From Polyangiaceae bacterium (GTDB taxonomy: Bacteria > Myxococcota_A > Polyangia > Polyangiales > Polyangiaceae): DNA of 64,000 nucleotides. Shown one piece after another: positions 19,272 through 26,793 of the stretch. Made by a program: the position numbers and the translations under genes. The notes beneath the pieces are model-generated. The model had not been told where the DNA came from. It worked only from the letters and a program-made list of their open reading frames with translations, and did not search any database. The DNA lies in the NCBI GenBank assembly GCA_965222375.1, contig CBDCTZ010000016.1, forward strand, positions 3,360,001-3,424,000. The letters run 5' to 3'. Numbering within the stretch: the first letter of the stretch is position 1; each line of letters opens with the position of its first letter.

Positions 19272-20897
19272 ATGCGGTTTTCGGAGAAGATCGTAATGCG
19301 TGAAGTTTCTTTCTTGTCATTGTTTGCTGGCGCTTCCGTTGCGTTGGGCTGTTCTGGGGACCCAACGTGCAAAGAAGACTTGAGTTGCGGCACGTACCCC
19401 GGCGACGCGTCGACCGGAGGCGGCTCAGGAGCCTCCGGCAGCGGCGGGACGTCGGGCATGGGCGGTGTTGGCGGCGACGGAGGCACGTGCGACACCACGA
19501 AGTCGCCAAGCGAAGAGTCGTGTCTGGTGGACGATGCGTATGGGGTGTTCGTGTCGCCGCAAGGCAACGACTCGACGGGTGACGGCACGATGAGCAATCC
19601 GTACAAGACCGTTGCGAAAGGGCTGACGGAGGCGAAGAGTCAATCCAAGCACCTGTACGCCTGCGCCGACGGTGGCAGCTATGCCGAGACAATTACCGTG
19701 AATGCCGCGCTGGACGGCGTGGAGCTGTACGGCGGATTCAAGTGCAGCGATTGGACGTATTCCACCACGCTCAAGAGCAAGGTCGAGTCGCCGGATGCAA
19801 CGGCGTGGACAGTCACCGGGCTCACCAGCGGATTGCGCGTTGAAGACTTCGAGGTGGTTGCGTCGGACGCGACGACGCCCGGAGAGTCCAGTTTTGCGAT
19901 GATTGTGGCAGACTCCTCGAAGGTAGTTCTCCGTCGCGTGAAGCTCACGGCGGGCAAAGGTGCGGCCGGTGCCGTGGGTACGAATGGCGCGAAGGGCGCT
20001 GACGGCACGGTGGTTGGGGCGACACAACCTGGCAAACCCGCGGACTGTACCTCCCCGCCTGCGTCGCAGACGGGAGGCGGATGGCCGGGACCGAGCGCGT
20101 GTGGGTCGCAGGGCGGGTTGGGCGGAACCGCCGCAGTGAATGCCAACGGCGACGCTGGAAAGCAGGGAAGCCCGACAACAAATCTTGCGGGCGCTCCGAA
20201 GGGCAGTGGTGGATTGGGCGCGACGGTCGTTGGCACTGACGGCGACGGTGGGATTGCAGGAACTGGCGGCGCTCCCGGCCCGGTCGGCACAGCCGCCTCC
20301 GCAGAAGGAGCGTTCACGTCGAGCGGGTTCACGGTGGCTAGTGGGGCAGCTGGCAGTAACGGCTTCCCGGGCCAGGGCGGCGGCGGTGGCGGCGCGAGCA
20401 AGGGCAACACGACGTGCATCGGCGCCAGCGGCGGAGCCGGAGGGATGGGCGGCTGCGGCGGAGCCAAAGGCACCGCCGGCGGCGGTGGCGGCGCCAGCGT
20501 CGCGCTTCTGAGTTGGTCGAGCAGCGTCACTCTCGATGACTCCGAGCTGGTGTCGGCCGATGGCGGCGACGGTGGCAAAGGAGGCAACGGCGGACCCGGC
20601 GGTTCCGGTGGTGCAGGCGCACCGGGCGGCACGAATGGCGGAACGGTCATGGGTTCGGGCGGGGACGGCGCGAAGGGCGGCTCCGGCGGCCCCGGGGGCT
20701 CCGGCTCCGGTGGCACCGCAGGGCCTTCCTATGCACTCGTCTTCCATGGCACGGCGCCAGCCAAGACCGGCACGGTGATGCTGACCGCAGCCTCCGGGGG
20801 AATTGCTGGGAAGGGCGGCAGTGCTGGCGGAGTGGGCGTCAACCCCGCGCCAGACGGAAGCAGCGGCCAGAGCGCGAAGGAGTTTGAGCAGAAGTGA
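19272..20897 (+). CDS. Gly-rich PGRS-like lipoprotein with DUF1565/beta-helix-like N-terminal domain (start may be 19296)
   Basis: Lipobox ALGC; VFVSPQGNDSTGDGTMSNPYKT; GGxGGxGG repeats. Confidence 0.8.
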   Translation: MRFSEKIVMREVSFLSLFAGASVALGCSGDPTCKEDLSCGTYPGDASTGGGSGASGSGGTSGMGGVGGDGGTCDTTKSPSEESCLVDDAYGVFVSPQGNDSTGDGTMSNPYKTVAKGLTEAKSQSKHLYACADGGSYAETITVNAALDGVELYGGFKCSDWTYSTTLKSKVESPDATAWTVTGLTSGLRVEDFEVVASDATTPGESSFAMIVADSSKVVLRRVKLTAGKGAAGAVGTNGAKGADGTVVGATQPGKPADCTSPPASQTGGGWPGPSACGSQGGLGGTAAVNANGDAGKQGSPTTNLAGAPKGSGGLGATVVGTDGDGGIAGTGGAPGPVGTAASAEGAFTSSGFTVASGAAGSNGFPGQGGGGGGASKGNTTCIGASGGAGGMGGCGGAKGTAGGGGGASVALLSWSSSVTLDDSELVSADGGDGGKGGNGGPGGSGGAGAPGGTNGGTVMGSGGDGAKGGSGGPGGSGSGGTAGPSYALVFHGTAPAKTGTVMLTAASGGIAGKGGSAGGVGVNPAPDGSSGQSAKEFEQK

Positions 20898-20982
20898 CAG
20901 CGCGCGAGCAAGCACAATTCGCTAGCAAGCTCGCCGAATGTGCGAGCGGCAAAGAGCCAGGCAGATACCAGACGGCACAAGA

Positions 20983-21159
20983 ATGACGATAGAGCGAAAC
21001 AAGCGGCTCAACGTGCCGCTGAGCTTGAAAGAGTGGAAGCTGGTGCATCGGCTGGCAGAGGAAGACGGGCAGAGCATCAGCAACTGGGTCAGGCAATTGA
21101 TTCGAGCGAAGGCCAAGGCCAAGGCCAAGCTCGACAAGCCGCGACGACGCAAGCGCTGA
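20983..21159 (+). CDS. Small ribbon-helix-helix-like DNA-binding protein, copy 1
   Basis: MTIERNKRLNVPLSLKEWKLVHRLAEEDGQSISNWVRQLI plus a basic AK tail. Confidence 0.7.
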   Translation: MTIERNKRLNVPLSLKEWKLVHRLAEEDGQSISNWVRQLIRAKAKAKAKLDKPRRRKR

Positions 21160-21494
21160 GGCGAGGGAAAAGCAGCGCTGGAGGCAGTTTGTCAGCAACT
21201 CAGATCCCGCAGCGTCCGATGGTCTGTGATGCACGTAGTAGGCTTTGGCCAGGCGCAGGGTGGGTACGAGTATGAGCAGGAGCGTGAGCACCACACAGCA
21301 CAGCGAGCAATTCGCCTGGCACGACTTTCCCTTCGGAGGTGTGCTCGAAGCTCACGAGTCGCTCACGGCCCCCGGCCCGGCTCTGGAGCTGCACATCATT
21401 CAGCGCAGGGCAGGCGTCGTCGCCTTCTGGATGCTGGACGACGGCAGATTTGGCCGTCGGGTGAGTGTCGGAAGCACATGAGCGGAGGCGAGGG

Positions 21495-22556
21495 ATGCAA
21501 AAGGACTTCGAGGCCCGCGTGAGGCGACGGCTTGGCGCCATTGCCTGCGTCCCGCTGCTGCTCTCGGCTTCGACGGCACTGGCGCAGCCGCCGCGCGAGG
21601 CCTCTGCGTCGGAGACTGTCATGGCCCGCGATCTCTTCCGTGAGGCGGGCAGGCTGCGCGACCAGGGCGACTGGTCGGGCGCGGCGAAGAAACTGCACAA
21701 AGTGGTCGAGATCAAGGAAACGGCTGGCGTGCGCTTGCACCTGGCACATGCGCTGGCACGAACTGGTCAGCTCACCGCCGCGCTGAGGAGCATCGAGCGA
21801 GCGCAAGCGCTAAACCAGTCCGCGGCACGGCCCGCCACGCTGGACGAGGCAATCGCTCAGGAGCGCGCGGACATCGAGGCGCGCATCCCGACCCTGGCAG
21901 TGCGCTGCGCCGACGCCTGCGACATCAAAGCCATCATCATCGATGGAACGCCTGTCGCTCGGCTGAGCGAGCCTGCGCGAGTCGACCCTGGCCGCCACCG
22001 GGTGGAGGTGGTGGTTGCGGGCCGGAGCACCTTCGCGACGGAGGTGACGGCCCAGGAGCGCGCTCGTCTCGAAATCATTGCCACCTGGCCCGAGGCCAGC
22101 GCCAGCGCGACGGCTTCACCAGCATCATCGTCGACGCGGGATTCCGCCCCGGCGCCCGAGAGCGCCCCGAGCAACACGAAGACGTACGTGATGGTCGGCG
22201 AGGGAGCCTTTGCGCTGACGGGCCTGGTGCTGGGCCTGGTGTTTCGCAGCGCAGCCAACGACGCGGAGGACGAGGCCATCAGACAGCGCGCGGCGTTGAC
22301 TAGCAGCTGCAGCAACCCCATCGCGAGCGAAAAGCAGCTGTGCGCAGATCTGCGCGACAACGTCGACCGGCGGGCTCACAAGGAGGGGCTTGCGACGGGC
22401 AGCTTCATCGCTGCGGGCGTGGGGATCGGCGCAATGGTGGCCACGCAATTGCTGTGGCCGAGTGCGGCCTCGCGCTCCAGCTCGGGCTCGGTGCGCTTCG
22501 TCGCAGCGGCCAGTCCGCAGGCAATCCAAGTGGGGGTGGGTGGAGTGTTGTACTGA
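21495..22556 (+). CDS. TPR + PEGA-like secreted/membrane protein
   Basis: Signal peptide, ARDLFREA TPR, IIIDG...VDPGRHRVEV, two C-terminal hydrophobic segments. Confidence 0.8.
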   Translation: MQKDFEARVRRRLGAIACVPLLLSASTALAQPPREASASETVMARDLFREAGRLRDQGDWSGAAKKLHKVVEIKETAGVRLHLAHALARTGQLTAALRSIERAQALNQSAARPATLDEAIAQERADIEARIPTLAVRCADACDIKAIIIDGTPVARLSEPARVDPGRHRVEVVVAGRSTFATEVTAQERARLEIIATWPEASASATASPASSSTRDSAPAPESAPSNTKTYVMVGEGAFALTGLVLGLVFRSAANDAEDEAIRQRAALTSSCSNPIASEKQLCADLRDNVDRRAHKEGLATGSFIAAGVGIGAMVATQLLWPSAASRSSSGSVRFVAAASPQAIQVGVGGVLY

Positions 22557-22591
22557 AGCCCGCATTGGGCCAATACTCGCTGGCCAGAAGA

Positions 22592-22786
22592 ATGCCGATA
22601 CAGCGCAACAAGCGGCTCAACGTGCCGCTGAGCTTGAAAGAGTGGAAGCAGGTGCATCGGCTTGCCGAGGAAGACGGGCAGAGCATCAGCAACTGGATCA
22701 GGGGATTGATTCGAGCCAAGGCCAAGGCGAAGGCCAAAGCCAAAGCTAGACCCAAGGCCAACAAGCCGCGACAACGCAAACGCTGA
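22592..22786 (+). CDS. Small ribbon-helix-helix-like DNA-binding protein, copy 2
   Basis: MPIQRNKRLNVPLSLKEWKQVHRLAEEDGQSISNWIRGLI, near-identical to copy 1. Confidence 0.7.
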   Translation: MPIQRNKRLNVPLSLKEWKQVHRLAEEDGQSISNWIRGLIRAKAKAKAKAKARPKANKPRQRKR

Positions 22787-22798
22787 GCCGGACGCGCC

Positions 22799-23161
22799 CT
22801 ACGCCCGCAGCGCAGCGCGGATGGCATCAAGCACAAGCTCGATGCGCTCGCACACGTCAGCGGCACTGACGCGCAGCACGCGATAACCCAGCCGAGCGAG
22901 CGCACGGTCCCGGCGCACGTCGGCGCAGCGCTGCAGCGCATGCTGCGGGCCATCGACCTCGATGACAAGACGGCGGGAGGCCACGACGAAGTCCGCGATG
23001 TGTCGGCCGAGCACGACCTGGCGCTTGACGCAAACGCCGAGGCGCTTGCCACGGATGGCGCGGAAGAGGACCTGCTCCGGCCAGGAGGGCGTGGCGCGCA
23101 GGCGGCGAGCGTAGTCTTGGAGTTGACGTTGGCGAGCGAAAGACTGCACAGGCTTTTGCAT
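22799..23161 (-). CDS. DUF559 / Vsr-like endonuclease domain protein
   Basis: ARRLR...PE, KRQ, IADF, LVIEVDGPQH, RD..L..LGYRVLR. Confidence 0.88.
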   Translation of the reverse strand: MQKPVQSFARQRQLQDYARRLRATPSWPEQVLFRAIRGKRLGVCVKRQVVLGRHIADFVVASRRLVIEVDGPQHALQRCADVRRDRALARLGYRVLRVSAADVCERIELVLDAIRAALRA

Positions 23162-23723
23162 GACGACCTCCGAGGCCCGGGGTTGGCTGGCGGGCTACGC
23201 CAACCCATCGCGCAGGAGGCGTGACGCTGATGTTGAAAACAAGCGGCTGACTCACGCGCCGCGCCCGGAACATCGAGCGAGAGGTCGAGTGCGGCGCGCC
23301 TGTAGCGCGCAAGAGCGGAGTCCGCCAGCCAATCCCGGGCTCAAGCGAGGCGAAAGCACCGGCAACGGGACCTTGTTACCAACTCAGATCTCGCAGCGTC
23401 CGAAACGCGGTGGTGGACGGAATTGGCTTGAGCCGAGCAGACCTCAAGCTAGGCTGCGGACGGATGCTGGCCCCAGGGGAGGCACGAGCAGGAGTACGAG
23501 TAGAAGTACGAGTACGACGACGTAGAGGCCGCAAACGATGCAGCCGCACTTGCGCTGCACGCCAACGCGACGCAGCCCCGCCCATGCCGCGCGCAGGCGG
23601 CTCGCCGCGCCGCGTGAGACCATTTGCCCCTTTTTTTGCGCCGCGACAAGCCGCGGCGGCCGCCGAGCACGGCATAAGGGGGGCGGCAAGCCGAGCGGAG
23701 CGAGGCGGGGGGGGGCAACAAAG

Positions 23724-23979
23724 CCATCGCCAGGCGCTGTCCTTGTTGGGCCACCTGTCCACCTCCTGGGAGTGCTGAGTTCGTCGGGGTCGCCAGCGGC
23801 GACCGGCGCACGCGGCAGTGCCGCGGCGCAATGAGCGAAGATTCAGCGAAGGTTGGTCATGGTGCGACTTCGCGAGAAGTCGAGGGCCAGTTTGACTTAG
23901 ATTGCGTGCGTGTCAACCGACTTCGATTTTGGTTTTGGGGATGTGGCGGACAAGTCCGTCATCGGCTGCCTCGCGCGGC
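23724..23979. repeat. ~260-bp direct repeat, copy 2: promoter, uORF MTNLR (23843-23860) and a 10-codon ABC-F stub (23724-23754, minus strand)
   Basis: Stub (M)AQQGQRLAM versus MVRQGTRLAM, then homology stops just before the G-run at ~23707-23715. Confidence 0.92.
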
Positions 23980-24028
23980 ACGCGCGGCGGCGCATAGCGA
24001 GCTGGCCACGGATTCGCTCCTTCGCGGT

Positions 24029-25492
24029 TTAGCTGGTCGCGCGGATCAGAGCAGGCGGCAGTTCATCTAGCCGAATTAGACCGTCGGGAGGGTTCATCGC
24101 CCACGCTGCGGTGATCGTTTGGCGAAGCTCCAAGACGTCGCCCGGCCAGTCATGAGTCAGCAGCGCGAGCCCGACCTCTGGGGCCAGGCGAGGCTCTTTA
24201 GCGCCGATCTCCGTGAGAACATCTCGGACGTAAGCACCGAGGTCTTCGAGGCGTCTTCGCAGGGGAGTCAGCTGGTAGGTCTGGGCAACGAGTCGGCTGA
24301 GCAGGTCGCGCCGAAATCCCTGATCAACCAGGTCAGATCCGCTGCGATGGGTCGCGGCGATCAAGCGGCAACCGGCGGGAAGCTGCTCCAACCAGTCAGC
24401 CAGAGCCTCTTGACCGGCTTTGGATAGCTCAGTCACGTCCCCGACGAAGACCGTTGCCGGCCCCTGCTCGGGGAGCTCCGCGTGCTGTTGGAGGGTGCGG
24501 GCGTCGAGCAGCAGGAATGGCCCGCTACCGGTGGCCGCGTGCACGGAGCGCGCTAGAGCCTCCTTTTCCGTACCGGGCTCGCCAGTTAGCAACATCGCAT
24601 CAGAAACGTCGAAAAAGCGCTTGAGGGCGCCCAGCTCTGCGCCCACGTGACCCAGGGCGCTGGTGAGCGTCGTGCCGGCCTCGAACATGGTCGGCGCGGC
24701 GCCAGCGCGAGGCGCTGAGCTGAGCGTGGCGCGGAAGCGAAATAGCGTATTCCCGCAGTCAATCACGTCGCCATCCACGAGCTCATGGCGCTGTACGAGT
24801 CGCCCATTGACGAAGGTTCCGTTGCGCGAGTTTTCATCGCGCACGACCCAGCTCGACTGCGAGCGAGCCAAGCGCGCGTGGTGGCGCGACACTGAGGCGC
24901 CTGGGATGCCCAGCACCAAGCGGCGACGCTGCGGCTCTTCGTGCAATTTGGCCTGGGGCTCGCGCGAACGCATGATGACCACTTCATCCACGCCATCGAG
25001 GCAGAACCCGCCTGTCCCGAGCAACGGCTGGTCGCAGCGCAGGGCGAGGAACAAGTGCGGCGCGAAGGTGCCGAAGATCTCGCGAACCTCCTTCGCGGTT
25101 TCCGTGGCCGTCATCTCGCCGAGTTCCGCGGGCAGGCTGCTGAAAGTTTCGTCTGCGGCGGGTCGCTCGGAATCCGCCGGCTTCTCGACATCCACGTCGG
25201 CGACCCACATGAACCCGAAGCCGCGCCGCGTGCGGATGATGCGCGGGTCTTCTCCGGTATCGCCCAGGGCGCGGCGAGCGGAGCGTACGCATTGGTTCAC
25301 GGACGCTTCGCTCACGGTGACGTCGTGCCAGACCTTTTCCAGCAGTTCGGCCTTGGGTACAGCTCGCGACCGGTGCTCGACGAGATACAGGATCAGATCG
25401 AAGACCCGCTTTTGAACCTCGATCGGCTGCCCGTCGCGGGAGATGGCGCGACGGTCTCGATCGATGACGAAACCTGCGGTGCAAAACCTCAA
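24029..25492 (-). CDS. Transcriptional regulator: CadC/OmpR-type wHTH + FHA + degenerate sigma54-activator-like AAA domain
   Basis: LLEKVW...IRTRRGFGF; VSRHHA...SRNGTFVNG; GEPGTEKE, FRRDL, WPGDVLEL; no GAFTGA. Confidence 0.85.
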   Translation of the reverse strand: MRFCTAGFVIDRDRRAISRDGQPIEVQKRVFDLILYLVEHRSRAVPKAELLEKVWHDVTVSEASVNQCVRSARRALGDTGEDPRIIRTRRGFGFMWVADVDVEKPADSERPAADETFSSLPAELGEMTATETAKEVREIFGTFAPHLFLALRCDQPLLGTGGFCLDGVDEVVIMRSREPQAKLHEEPQRRRLVLGIPGASVSRHHARLARSQSSWVVRDENSRNGTFVNGRLVQRHELVDGDVIDCGNTLFRFRATLSSAPRAGAAPTMFEAGTTLTSALGHVGAELGALKRFFDVSDAMLLTGEPGTEKEALARSVHAATGSGPFLLLDARTLQQHAELPEQGPATVFVGDVTELSKAGQEALADWLEQLPAGCRLIAATHRSGSDLVDQGFRRDLLSRLVAQTYQLTPLRRRLEDLGAYVRDVLTEIGAKEPRLAPEVGLALLTHDWPGDVLELRQTITAAWAMNPPDGLIRLDELPPALIRATS

Positions 25493-25541
25493 GACCGACC
25501 TGGGCGGCAGCCTAGCACGCGACGCGGCGCGACTGTTGCGG

Positions 25542-25812
25542 CTAGGGGTTGCTGCCCGAGTCGGGCTCGAAGTCGAGGCAAGGTTGCGGGTTGGCGCCGG
25601 GGGCCGGCGCGCTCAGGCACGGCCCCGGGAAAGCGTCGGGCGCTGGTACACCCAGGCAGGGCTCGGGCACGGAGTCTTTTTGGGTGCTGGCGTCGCCGGC
25701 GCTGCCACCGGTTCCGCCTGTGCCGTCGCGCTCCGTCTTGCCGCCGCAGCCCGACGCAGCGGCGATGGGCCAACCCCGCGCCCGCGAGCGCCGTAGCGAG
25801 CACGACGGGCAA
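25542..25812 (-). pseudogene. Frameshifted small lipoprotein with three PxPCL repeats
   Basis: Signal VLATALAGAGLA joins IAAASGCGGK only if one base is removed at 25767-25769; the true start is uncertain. Confidence 0.55.
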
Positions 25813-25854
25813 GTATCAGGTCCTGGTCGTTCGGACGCAAGTTGGCCCTTCCAG

Positions 25855-26613
25855 TCACGGCCACGCCACTTTGACCGTATTGGAACGCTCCTTGACGTTG
25901 GATTTGCCCGCGCGCGCATGAAGTGGAGGGTTTCGCCGCTGGTCGGTTGCCAATACTTGGGTGCCGTGAACGGCGCCTTGTTGAAGGGTGCCTGCTTGAT
26001 GTGATCGCCCGCGACGGACGACTTGGCTTTGCAGGTTTGGACCGGCGGCCCAGGTCGAAGCCATTCCCAGGTTGCGCCGTACCATTTGTTCTCGTAGCAG
26101 ATGAACACCCACGGGTTTGCAATCACCTCGACGTTTACGATGGTCGTGGGCCAGCCCTTGCCGTCGATGTCGTGGTCCATGCACACCTGGCTGTTGGTGA
26201 AGGTGACCTGCTTCAGTTTGACCGTTTCGGCCCAACTAGAGACGTTCGTGTGCAGCCAGGTCACGTTCTTGAAATCGAAAGGCGGCGCATTCGGGCACGT
26301 GCTCGAGGGGCCGTTGCAGCCGCTTCCCGCGCTACCGCCGGTGTTGGCCCCGCTGCTTCCGCCGCTGGCGCTGCCAGCTGTTCCCGCGCTGCCCCCCGCA
26401 CCCGCCGCTGCCCCGGCGCCAGCGTTGCCGGCGCTTGCGCCCGAACCCGCGCTGCCGCTGGTCGCGCCGGAGCCGCCAAGCCCGCCCGCGCCGGAGGCTC
26501 CACCGCTAGATGTGCCTCCAACGCCCCCAAAGTCCTGCGACCCCGCCGTCGTCACTGCCGCACGCAATCAAGGCGCCGCACACCCCCACAATCACTGCCG
26601 CCCTCGCCCACAT
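25855..26613 (-). pseudogene. Gly-rich lipoprotein with Trp-rich C-terminal domain, two frameshifts
   Basis: MWARAAVIVGVCGALIAC signal; extra base at 26541-26544; second shift near 25917 joins GETLHFM to ARAGKSNVKERSNTVKVAWP*. Confidence 0.65.
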
Positions 26614-26793
26614 GTCACAGCATGACAGCAGCCACGAACTGCGAGTACGTACTTTTCCCCAATCCACCCGCCCTCTTGGCGGCTGGCAAGCGAGGATGCT
26701 CCGTCTGAAGAAATCCTGTATCGTCTCGCGCCCGAATCGCGGTGAGCTTCACCGCTGGGAGACCGCGGCGCGCCCGCCGCCAGGGAGACACCT

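Noticed and set aside
21270..21430. Remnant of a four-helix-bundle (IVS-type) gene beside the hexamer repeats
   Set aside because: Similarity by eye is too weak to support
20983..23161. RHH + DUF559 as a type II toxin-antitoxin pair
   Set aside because: The genes are convergent rather than operonic, and the first RHH copy has no partner
23175..23340. Retron msr-msd (a1/a2 inverted repeats)
   Set aside because: No reverse transcriptase in the window
13320..23723. Prophage, ICE or IS identity for the island
   Set aside because: No integrase, transposase, relaxase or structural gene is recognisable
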